Assembly (NCBI GenBank): GCA_013239625.1
Contig: MU054220.1
Location: 6,618,626 to 6,682,625 of the forward strand
Length of the DNA: 64,000 nucleotides
From: Lama guanicoe
Lineage: Eukaryota
Direction of reading: 5' to 3'
Shown here: piece by piece, positions 11,900-23,002 of the stretch
How the letters are laid out: each line of letters opens with the position of its first letter
How positions within the stretch are numbered: the stretch's first letter is position 1
Translations under genes and position numbers: made by a program
The notes under the pieces: generated by a model
The model's database searches: none
Seen by the model: only the letters and a program-made list of their open reading frames with translations
What the model was told of the DNA's origin: nothing

Positions 11900-12110
11900 C
11901 AGAGGTCTCAGACCTGCAGTTGTTGAGAAATATACTCCACAGAATGTGTTTTGCTTGACTGTTTGATAGGCCCACACAGTGTTTTAAAGGACATAAAAGT
12001 AGGCAGGTGCTATGCTTACATAAGCACACAAACAGCTTACCACGGGCTGCCTTGCAAGCTGCATATGCTAAACATGCACTCCGTGTAGGTATTTGAGTTT
12101 GGGGCCTCTA
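11900..12110 (-). mobile_element. MER102-like hAT element, internally deleted
   Basis: ends CAGAGGTCTCAGAC... and ...GTAGGTATTTGAGTTTGGGGCCTCTA; GGCCCACACAGTGTTTTAA inside. Confidence 0.5.
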
Positions 12111-12519
12111 CTGTGTGCTTCACAAAGATGCTACCACATACGAACCCTGCCGCTTTGTCAGCACATCTATTCAACTGTGATGTAATTTACTGGTTTGGGC
12201 AACATTGTGCTACCAACAGTAGGCTTTTGTGTCAATTTCACAGATCATTTCCCAGTTAACATCTCTTGAGGATAAGAGAGTTCAATGGTAAAATATCTCT
12301 TAGCAGTGTATTTCATAAGCACATACATACACACATAAATGCATATACATATACATGTTTGACACTGATTCTTAGAACGTGTTACATTACAAATTTCTCT
12401 CATAATCTTGTGTTCGCTCCAAGTCATCTCTAGTCACATCAGCAGAGGATCTTTTTAATCTCATAATAAGTCAACTTGTATGAAAATAACTTCTTTCAGT
12501 TCCAAAGAGTAAGCAGCAC

Positions 12520-12905
12520 TTAGGTACAGGCACGTGAAAGAGGGAAAAGGCCTTCCCAGCAGAAGAGACCACATGAACAAAGATTCAGAACAGTAAAAAG
12601 GATTTATTTGGCCTGTTAGCAATTAGGATGTTGAATGAGGCTGGAGGAGTTGAGGTCCTACCAAGAGACTTTGAATGGCGGGGTCAAGAGTTTGGATTTG
12701 GTTCTCTCGGGGAGCCTTCTGAGTGCGTGCTTTACATGCTAAAAGCAATTCCCATTTCAGAAAAAGAGATGGCAGTATTGTGGAGGGTAAATTAAGGTCA
12801 GGTGAGACTGGCGTTAAAGGGCCAGACGGAAAGGAATTGCTGTAGCAGGAGGCGGAGTTGATTGTCAGTAGAAGCAGAGCAAATAGATTGAATTTGAGAG
12901 ACTGT
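12520..12905 (-). mobile_element. L2 LINE fragment
   Basis: purine-rich antisense L2 pattern: TTCCCAGCAGAAGAGACCACATGAACAAAG...AAGAGTTTGGATTT...GGCAGTATTGTGGAGG. Confidence 0.6.
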
Positions 12906-14544
12906 TCCTTTGCAGGTAAAACGGGGAGGAGATATAGACATAAAGCATTTTTAAAAATCTATTTTAAAAGAAAACATGTCAAGAGCTCGGCCCCATCTCC
13001 TCACAAGTGTCTACGGAATTTTTTTGAAAGATAATTAGGTTGGTATTTGGTTTTTTGATAGTACTGAAGTGAGTTCCCAAGGTTGGTTAGACAACACTTC
13101 ACTATTTATATGTCTATCACAAAATGTAATTTATTTAAAAAACAGATGATTCTCTCATTTTAAAGACTGGCATTCCTAAGAGGGATCACCTTTGATTTAA
13201 ATCGTATGAATTCGCTTAATCAACAAATAGCATCTCCTCTGTGCTAAGTACGGTTCTAGGCCTTGGGCACACAGCAGTGATTAAGAAAAAATCCTTCTCT
13301 CATGCAGCCTATTTTCTTAGATCAAGATTCTCACTATTAACTTCAAATATGCTTTCTTGGATTTTTAATTAATATTTTAGTTTTTATAGACTGTACGTAG
13401 AGAATACCACTGCAGTGGTGCTTGAATGCTGGGCAATACCAAGAAAATTTACATAAATCAAAACTGTTTCAATTCACTCTCAAGAGTGATTGTGAATGAA
13501 AGATAAAAAGGCCAAAGTCCATTATTAAGAGGGAAATGTGAAAAACCCATGTCCCTTAGCATTATGAAAATTGAGTTACCAATGTTTTAATTAATCATAC
13601 TGAGTTTGATATAGTATGAGTTTGATTTAAGTCTTATCCTATCTTTAGGAAAATGCTTAGGATTTTGTTATGATTATCTATTTTAATAAAAAAAAGTTGT
13701 TTTCCTAAGGGAACATTTTAATAAATAAACTCACATTAATTATTTGGAGAATGATGGTGTGTATGCTCATTGTGAACACATGAAAATAATTTAACATTAG
13801 AATTATTGTGGTGATTCAACTCTTTTTTTTCTAACTGTTCTTCGTTTGGTGACCTTATTAGTCGTCTGTGTGGTAGGACATGTGAGTGTGTTATTTCATA
13901 ACCTTCTGAGTGCTAAGTTCTGGATTGTTTTTTAATTAGCATTTTAATTGCTCATCAGAGTAATTGAAGACAGAGTGGGAAAATGGAGCATTCGCTAATC
14001 CCTTTGGTACCAGTCAGTGCTAAGTTTTCCCAAGGTCAAGTGCCTTCCAGTGGTACTGACAGAAGCTTGCATTGCCCTGCATTCCCTGACGCGTGGTGTG
14101 ACGATGCCAGGGCTGGCATCTTGAAGAATAAGAGATGTTTTTTCTTCCTTCTTTCTTCCTGATTCTTTGGTTAATTAAGGAAAAGGGGGAATTGGTCACT
14201 TCACAATGAAAAGATAAGAGACAAATGGAATATTCTCTGTGATCAAGTGTAGGTCATAGTAGAGTAGATGTTCGCTACTTTCGTTGAGAAGTGAACTTAC
14301 TGGATCCATGCTGAGCTCTGTGAGCGAGAGAAATCTGACATGATTTATTCTTTATTCACTTTTTAAATAAATTACTGAATGCCTTCGATGTTGCAAACAC
14401 TGGGTTGACAACAAGCTAGATACAAGTTCTAATTTTTGGAAAGCTAAAGAGTAATCATTTTTCTTATTGTAGAGACCACACTGCCCCGATCTAAAGTGAG
14501 TATAAGCAAATGGAAGACGCATCTACAAATGGATCCTAGGAGGA

Positions 14545-14720
14545 AGGGCAGCGTAGTGCAGGGGCTGAGTGCCTGGTATGGGAACCAGGATTGCCATCTA
14601 TTTGCTATTTTATCTCTTGGTGCCTCATTGATGTTGTGGGGACAAAGGGATTTGTCTCAGAAGAACATTGTGAGGATTAAGTAAATCAATACTTGTAAGT
14701 GGTTTAGAATCATAAGACAT
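14545..14720 (+). mobile_element. MIR SINE fragment
   Basis: GGCAGCGTAGTGCAG head and TTGTGAGGATTAAGTAAATCAATACTTGTAAGTGGTTTAGAA tail. Confidence 0.55.
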
Positions 14721-17700
14721 TTTGGTAATATATTTTATTATTTTGAAAAATGAATATAGTATTATTCTCGTGTGGTGACCATAGTATGAAGACCAAGATT
14801 TCATGGCAAAATTTTTGTTGCTGTTATAAAGTAAACATACTTTTCTCAGGCCTGAAAATATGATCCAGGTCATTCTTGCCAATTTAATCTGCTTAAGTAG
14901 TCCTTGGCCAGGATGTGAACATTTTTCTGTCTCATTCATATCTTGTACTCGCCTTCTGGCTAATATTGTATATATACCTTTACACAGAGCTTGAAAAACC
15001 CCAATATGCCAGTAGCTAAACAGGGCGCAGTTTGGCTTTCAGGAAGTATTATCTACTTTACCAAAGATGGATGATGAGGAAGATAGTCCTGAACGAAAAC
15101 GGGAGTATTAAAGAACTGATCCAAACCTAACTGAAAAAAAATATTAATTGCTTGTCCAATTATAATTATGTCATTCAAGCCAAGCATTTTACCAACTAAC
15201 AGGGGATAACTGATGAAAGGCCAGTCAGTCTGGCCTGAACGGCAGATGGTTTGGGGGCAACAGAATCAACTATCTCTGCATCTTTTTTTCTTTTTAATTC
15301 CAATTTTTCTTTCTGCTGTTCAGGCTGCCAATCTCCTCTCCCTACATACAAGCCTAAAAATAAGTGCAGTATTTTTCAGTGTGGATAATCAATAGTCTCT
15401 CATTCCTGTGTTAAGTGTGATTATAACACTTTTAGAAAACTTTACTAATTTTTTTAAAAATTTGTAACATGCAGTCTGAATTAAGTCTGCCTACTATGCA
15501 AACACAATTTTAAAATATTTCCCTGGCTCTCTTCTCCAACTTCATCCCTGTTCCTAAGCTCATTGTGTCTAGAAAATGCTGGAGTTGCCCTGTTTAGAAT
15601 TTCATTCTGTTGAATTGATAAAACACCTATAGGAATGTTTTCCCAGCATTTACCGTCTCATTATTACGTCTTCACTTAGTTTTCCAACTTTTGTAATTTA
15701 CAGGTATCACCTTTTATCCCACGTAGGTCTTTTACCTTGGATGGATTTTATGTGACATCACTGCCTTTTTTCCTCACTTGGCTCATGTTTTTTTCAGGAA
15801 CTTGCCCACCTTTGTTATTCTTAATTTGAATGTATCACTTTGGGGTGTCATATAAACTGCATCTAGTTGGATGTTGGTTTGCCCACTATGATAATCTTCA
15901 CCTAAGGATAGGAGAGTTTCCCCCTATTTAAATTTGTTGATATGGTTGGTGTATTTAGTTTTACATCTGTCGAGTTCCAGCTTTCCGTCTTCAAGGTCAG
16001 TACAAAGCAGAAGCGGGACTTGCCACCGTGTCTCCTACTGTTCAGAGTGGTTTTCTCTCTGTCTCTTTTTCTTCTGTTTATTTTATCTTTCAAAAATCAA
16101 CATGCAATTTAAGTTGTATATAATTACACTGGAGAGTGAGGATATATGACTTTGGAATCATCCATTCCCCCATCCGGAGTTTTACATACAGACTCACGAG
16201 TCACAGTCATTTCTGAGAGAAGGTTCACCGGGGCTCACCCCCGACCCAAAGTGACTTCACAGTTTTCCGTGCCTTCTGTAGCGTCTCATTTTTCCACTCT
16301 GGCAAAAGAATACTGTTCTCACTTTGAGGCATGGATTCTGAAATGGATGTTCCTAGGCCATCAAGCTGATGATGGAGAAAGGGTTGCATTTCTGTCTTTA
16401 AAGTCACAATAGAAAATCTCTCCAGTTGCTTTGCTAAAGTCATGTCATCCCCTCCTAACCTTTGAAGTGTCCATTATTTTAGACCAGAGCCAGACCAGTG
16501 TGACCACTGACGGGTTATACCCGTGTACAAAACACATCTTGTCCTCTGATGGAAGGAGGATGTATACTATTATACCTGGAGTTTCCTTTCTCTTGGTGCT
16601 AACAAAGGCCTGATGTCCTGATGCAGCTGTAACTCACATCATGATGTGCCATCCGTGACCTGACGGGTGCTTTGAAATAGAGCCCACGGAGCATCAGGGA
16701 CCTCTTGCCACCCTCGGACACTTGACCTAACTAGCTCAGAGCTCTGCGCAGTGGGCAGTTGTCCTTCCTTACCTGTGATCCGCGTGTTTCCAGGGTACTT
16801 GTAATTTTCCTCAGATTAGAGGTTTACTTTGCTGTAAGGATAACAACTTCAGACTCTCAGCACCCAATGTCAAACAGTGTTCATCGCAATAATCTGCTTC
16901 TATACATCCTAATTGTATATGCATTTATATACTTTATATATATTGAGAAATGTGAATTGCTTTCAATTCAGCTGTGTATATACTAATAAAATTCTAAGCT
17001 CATAAAATAAAAGTTAGTGCAAGTGCTCAGGAAGGCATTCCTGTGGAGAGCTAAGATAACATACAGTGAATATTGACTCAGTCAACGTGGATTTTCTGAG
17101 CACACACTGTGTACTCAGCACTGTAGTAGCACCTGGAGATATTATAAAGAAGAAAAAAGCTGAATTTTTTTTCAAACTTTCCAATGGAAAATATTGAGGA
17201 AAGTAAGCCTTTTTGAGTGAATATATGAAACTTTTGTTTAAAAGATTCTATGTTTACGACATGGTATGAGGTCATAGAATTCATTACATAGAGTGGATAT
17301 GGCACCGTTGTGCATGGAGAAGGGTGTGGGGAGGGGACCTTTTCTGAAAGAAACAAATTCTGTTTCTTAGGCAGAAAGCAAGGGCTTTAAGGAATAGCCA
17401 TGGGTATGCACAATGTGGAAATCATAGTTTCTTTATCTAAATTACAGTGTTATCACTCAGGTCTAAATAGGAGTTCCTGCAGGGTGTTTCTGGAGGTGAG
17501 TTAGAATATCTGGAGTGGTGATTGCAGGAAAGATTTGAGTTATAGGAGCGATAACTTGAGATTTGGAAATATCAACCTTTGATCAACCAACTCTCAAAAA
17601 GTATTAAAATCTTGTATTCCCTTAGGGTTTGATAAACTCTTTGAAATATTCCACTCAGCCTCAGCAGTGTTAAAGGTGTCTAGGGTAGGACTTTGTCTTT

Positions 17701-17924
17701 CTTTTTGCTTACATTATAACTGCAGAGAAAAAGAGCATTCTAGAACCAGGCTAGAGGTAGCCATGGTAATTGAAATAAGAGAAACTCAAAGGTCAGGCTT
17801 TCCTCATTTTTTTGGAGAATGTCTTCCAAGTAGTACAAGCTGTAGATTAAGAATTGAATTTCATTAATTAGATGCACACACCTACACACACTCACAAACA
17901 CACAACAGGGAACAAACAAAATGG

Positions 17925-18255
17925 GTCTGGTCCTCACAGCTTAAGATGCATGGTGAGGGACAAGTGGTAAACAGTAAGTCAACAGATGTAATTTATATGA
18001 TTATAATTTGAAATCAGTGTTACCAAGGAAAAAGGGCAGAGGGCAATGCAAATCAGCCTAATTTATTTTAGGGGATCAGGGGATTCTTTTCAGAGAAAAT
18101 GACATTTCAGCTGAGCTTTGATGGATGATTTGAGGATTTTAACCAGGCAGCGAATAGAGGAAAGAAGGTTCCCAGAAGGGAAAACATCCTTGTGAGGCAT
18201 CCGCGTGGGGGAAGCTGCCGTGCATTTGAGTAGCTGAAGAAACCCCGTGCAGCCC
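17925..18255 (-). mobile_element. L2 LINE fragment (interrupted by MLT1)
   Basis: GGGGATCAGGG...GACATTTCAGCTGAGCTTTGATGGATGA...GTTCCCAGAAGGGAAAACA. Confidence 0.7.
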
Positions 18256-18268
18256 TGGGGGCCCCCAA

Positions 18269-18716
18269 GTGTTAGTTCCCTGTGGCTGTCAGAGCAAAGC
18301 ACAAAAACTGGGTGGCTTAAAACAATAGAAATTTATTTTCTCCTGTCTCTGGAGGCTGGAAGTAAGAAATGAGGATGTTGGCAGGACCATGTGCTCTCTC
18401 CCAGCTTTGGGTATTTGTCAGCAGTCCTTGGCATTCCTTGGCTTAATCTGCATAACTCCATCTCTGCCTCCGTCTTCCCCCGCGTGTCTGTCTTCACATG
18501 GCTTCTCTCTGTGTGTCTGTCTCTGTGTCTCTTTTCTTCTTAGAAAGCCACCAGTCACATTGGAATAAGGGCCCACTCTGCTCCAGAATGCTCTAATCTT
18601 AACTTGCATCTTCATTACACTTAACAAAGGCCCTATTTCCAAGTAAGATTCCACTCCCAGGTACCAAAAGATGCTTCAACATATCCTTTGAGGAACACAG
18701 TTCAACCCCCAGCAGC
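18269..18716 (-). mobile_element. MLT1 (ERVL-MaLR) solo LTR, MLT1B/C-like
   Basis: AAACTGGGTGGCTTAAAACAATAGAAATTTATT...CTGGAGGCTGGAAGT...CCCTATTTCCAAGTAAG...ACACAGTTCAACCC. Confidence 0.85.
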
Positions 18717-18804
18717 AGGGTCTGTAAACTCTGCTGTGGAGTTATTGTTTTATTGACAAAGGAGAATGGTTTAAGCAGAGGATTAGAGTGAGCTGACTTG
18801 CTGT

Positions 18805-19050
18805 AGACTGTGTAATTCCATTTCTAGGACATTTTAGAAAGGGCAAAAGGCTAGGGGCAAAAACCAGTGTGGTAGTTGCCAGGGGTTAAGGGGAGGGGTT
18901 GGGGACTGACCACAAAGGAGATCTAGGTGATTCTGGAGATGGATGGAGATATTTTATATCTTGATTGTAATGTAGGTTAGTAAATCTGGATAGACGTGTA
19001 CGCCTGAAAAGGGATATTTTTACTGTGCGTAAGTGGTACCTCAATCAAAC
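18805..19050 (+). mobile_element. old L1 (L1MC/MD-like) 3' end
   Basis: ATTCCATTTCTAGGACATT...GTGGTAGTTGCCAGGGG...ATATTTTATATCTTGATTGT...TACCTCAAT. Confidence 0.75.
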
Positions 19051-20239
19051 AAGCAGAATGGACTCCGTTCGGACCCTGCTCTGGTGGGCTAGTTGAGACA
19101 AGGCTGTTGCTAGATTGGGGGGTGGTCTGCTCTTGGCACTCAACTTTCCTGCCTTGCAGAGCCTTCCTTGGGAATCAGCTATGAATTTGTCAGCTCCTTC
19201 CCGTTGTGACAGCTTGCTGAAAATAGCTTTTGGTTGCAAGAGAGGTGAAGGGAGAGGTTCAGAACACGAGGCGCCTGTCAGAGGAGGGCCTGAGCGGAGG
19301 TCAGGGGAGGGGGTCTTGGTGTCAACAAAAGACGGGACTTGCACTGCTTCCCCAAGGCTTGTCACTACTCGGAATAATTAAGGAGAAGGAAAGCGAAGAT
19401 GCTGAAGAGGGAAGTAGGGCCGAATGAAGTGTCGCACTGTCCTGTGTGAATCGAAGGTCACTCTGTTGGGGTGTGTTGAGGGGAAACCAGAGGCCATGGT
19501 GGGTGGGTAGAGATCCTCTCCCTCTGCCCCAAAAAGTTGCCAAGTATTAGCTGCAGAAACCTGCACTCCCTCAGCTGTGCTTTGCAATTTAAATTCCCCA
19601 GGAAAGACTCTGTTGCTGATCTAGAAGTGTTAAATTGACAAAAGAAGAAATTTGCAAAAACCAGGTGCTCTGGAAAAAAATAAATGCCTGTAATTTTTTT
19701 CTTGTCATAATCACTTCTGTTATTGGTGTATCTTAGTTCAAACAAAGAAATATTTTATAACTTATTTTTGTTAAGCAAAAAATACATTTTTCCCCTATTT
19801 GCAGTCTTGTTAGTAGGAGAAATAATCAACTAGCACGTTTTCAAGCTATTTTATCACCATTGGTCTCTGGAATTGGCCAAACTCTAATAAATCGTAGAGG
19901 GGTAATATTAAACACAAGCAATGGAATATCATTTTGCAGTGATTTCTATTAAGAGAAAATATACTATAGATACACCGAAAGTCACTCTAACTCTAGATCT
20001 TGGCATAGTGAAAGTCCAGAGTTTCATCCTAACCCTGTGAATTAGTAGTTACGTGATCTTGTGCACATTCGTATGTTTCTCTGAGATCAGATATCCTCCT
20101 CAGCAATATCGTATAGAATATACACCTGCACTACCTACTTAGTAAATCTCATACAAAAAATTATTCTATGTCGGGTATGTGTGATGTCTGATACTTACTT
20201 TTCACTTCATTAATTCTCATCCCCCTTTGCTTTTCCCCA

Positions 20240-20402
20240 AGGCACTAACTAGATAGCACATATTACATCTCATTTTTTTGCTCCATCTCTCCACAACAGA
20301 ATGTAAAACCACGAGAAGAGTTTGTCTTATTTGATTCTGTAAACTCAATGCCTAGGTCAGTGCCTGGTAGGTGACAATAAAGAATTGTACAATTAATGAA
20401 CA
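20240..20402 (+). mobile_element. L2 LINE 3' end
   Basis: AGAATGTAAAACCACGAG...CAATGCCTAGGTCAGTGCCTGG...CAATAAA...AATGAA. Confidence 0.6.
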
Positions 20403-21566
20403 AGTGATCCTTAGTAATAATGCAGTTCTCTTCCCTTGGTCAGCAATATGGAAGTTAACAAAGTCTGACGTTTCTCAGCAATGTGGTTTCCTAGCTGTTC
20501 CCTGGAGACAATCAAAGACTTTGCCATAGGTACATGCGAAAATAAAGACTTCACAACCTGAAATTGGATGGAAACTCCTTTCCTTGCCCAGTCAGATGAA
20601 AATAACAGAAATCCAGGGTATCTGTAACAGGGCAGAAGGAGTGAAGCCTAGGAGAGCATCCTGACCCCAGGTTTGTTCCGCTCCTGGACCTCGGACGTTG
20701 CCTGACCCTCTAAAATGCAGAGATATTCATCAATAATGGAATGGAACATGAGAAAGAACTTTCCTTTATTTTGACTCTAGTTCACCATAAGAAGCAAGTG
20801 TTCTCAGTGCAAGGCAGAGTAAAAGGCTCTCTTGATTTTGAATTCTGGCTCAGATATCAACTGATCCTGTCTCTGGAGCTAAAAAAAATAGACAGCTTTA
20901 TTCGTTCATTCCTTTGATCAACCTAATCTAAAAAAATTCTCTGAGTTGTGTAAGTTTGGCATCGTTGAAAATCCTTCCTGTTCCTTCCAGCATGACCATG
21001 TTTTATTGACATGTTTAATTACACGGTGCCGAATGAAGCTGTTGCTGGAGAATTTTAAGGGGCAAATGTCTCCTCTGGAAGAAAGTCAGTTCAGGGAACA
21101 AGATATGTACTCCTGGTAATTCTCACATCCTTGAAAGAGCTGAGTGATCTGGTAAAGGGAAGCTCTGGATTTAACCCTCTGCTTCTCCAAGATGAAACCT
21201 TTGTGTGTTCATTCATCATTATTAGCGTGAGCAGACAGAGCAAGGTGTCAACATTCTCAAGGCTGAGCTGGGCTGGCATCCTCTAGGATTCCCCATGGGG
21301 ACAGTGCTCACATAATTCCTTCGGAGCATCTTGTTGTTTTGAAAAGGACAATGTAAAAGGGCTACATACCTATTTGTAGAAAGATCACAAAATGGGGAGA
21401 CATCTGTTCCCAGGAATATTGTTCATCTGTGGTTGGAAAAGTCATCCAGTCCAGCCATGCGCCTCCTTGTTCTTTTTCTTTTCTAGTAGTTACACAGTAT
21501 ATACAATACACTAATTTAGAAAGACAGGTTTTCCCCATTCTCAAAGTACTCCTGGTACCAAGGCTT

Positions 21567-21608
21567 TTCTTCTTCTTCTTCTTCTTCTTCTTCTTCTTCT
21601 TCTTCTTT
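21567..21608. repeat. (TTC)n / (GAA)n trinucleotide repeat, about 13-14 units
   Basis: direct reading. Confidence 0.95.
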
Positions 21609-22084
21609 TCTTTCTAAGTAGAGCCACTTTTGAGTCATCTATATAGTTTTCCAGAAAACATCATCTTCACGCCTACCTAAAGTGATTTGAGATACAGAAA
21701 TGTGTGAAGTCCTTGTATGATGTTTCCTTATTCTTTAGGAGAAACTGTCCTGATGTGAATGGTGTGAGTTAATAGTCTCTTTTTTTCTATACTAAAATAT
21801 GTGTGTATGTGTGTTTTTAGCTCTTTTTTCTTTTTATGTAAATGATTTTCCATCTATTGCTTCTCCTCCTCTCTTTGAAAATGCGGATTTTTTTGGCAGG
21901 CCAGCTACAGATTCTTGAATATTTTAAAGAGGAGGAGACTCAGGTTTCTAGTTCCATTTGAGTAGAACCACTCTAAGGGAATGTTCCAGGAGACAGAAGA
22001 GTGTGTAAGGGTTTTTCATATTATTTTGAGTTCCATGCCTTGCCCTAGTGAAGAAATACAGATATGACTATTCTGAGTATTTAG

Positions 22085-22331
22085 TGCCTTCTTTTTTTCT
22101 CATTAAAAAAAGCTTCTTTTTTAATGGAGGTACTGGGAATTGAACCCTGGACCTCTTGCATGCTAAGCAGGTGCTCTACCACTGAGCTATGCCCACTGCC
22201 CCCCTAGCACCTTCGTAACTGACTATTTCAGTGGCCAATTTCCCTAATGTATTCAGATGTACTATTGATTTTAAAGGTGCAATATATTGGCTCTTCCCAC
22301 AAAGTTTATTCCCCCATCTAACACCTTGGCT
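22085..22331 (-). repeat. inverted-repeat arm B (SINE + unique flank), partner at 8565-8823
   Basis: reverse complement aligns with 8565-8823 along its whole length. Confidence 0.9.
22095..22204 (-). mobile_element. tRNA-Ala-derived camelid SINE (Vic-1-like)
   Basis: revcomp GGGGGGCAGTGGGCATAGCTCAGTGGTAGAGCACCTGCTTAGCATGCAAGAGGTCCAGGGTTCAATTCCCAGTACCTCCA; TSD GAAGGTGCTA/GAAGGCACTA (consistent with CpG decay of GAAGGCGCTA). Confidence 0.9.
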
Positions 22332-22884
22332 GTTTTTTCTCACATTTAAATAACATCAATCAAATTTCAGATCACTTTCCTAAAATACGTCTGCATACAC
22401 TCACTGACATAAATCCCTAAAGACTGTGTAAAAATGTCTTTCTGTAACAAGTTATACAGCATCACTTTTATTGACTGCAGATGAAATAATCTATTTTTAT
22501 CATGTCATAGTAAAGAAAACTGAGTATTTTTAATTCTCATAGAACTGGTGGACTCCTGACATGTTCATTCTCTATTAGCCATTAGAAAAAAAAATCAAAT
22601 TAGAGCAGGAATTAACTGTGTAAATATTAATATTTACTCTGGCTTAAAATAAAAAAAAAAACTAGATTATTGTTCTAGTCGATTATCCCACATGGTGACT
22701 TCATTTAGCCTCAAGTCAGTAAAGGTTTCCCCACTTTAATAACATAAGTTGTTCCTGGTCCCATGACAGATTGTGCCGTAGATCTGGAGTCAGAAAACGG
22801 CACCAAAGCTTTGGCTCTGCTGTGTGCTGGCTGTGCAGCTTTCTCCTGGCTTCCTCCTCTATGAAAGGGAAATGATCTTTTTTT

Positions 22885-23002
22885 CAGGGTAAATAACATG
22901 ATCCCGTTTCCCCAGGACTTTCACCAGCTTTAGCCCTGAAAGTCCCACGGATGGGTCTGATCGCTCTCAGTCCCAGGCAACCCAGGCTGGTTGTTCACCC
23001 TA
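22885..23002 (-). mobile_element. MER81-like hAT-Blackjack MITE
   Basis: CAGGGTAAATAAC...GAAAGTCCC...CTCAGTCCCAGGCAACCCAGGCTGGTTGTTCACCCTA termini. Confidence 0.7.

Noticed and set aside
15043..15111. Acceptor-like TTTGGCTTTCAG followed by EVLSTLPKMDDEEDSPERKREY*
   Set aside because: Protein-like but very short, not recognised, with no upstream partner exon; chance is sufficient.
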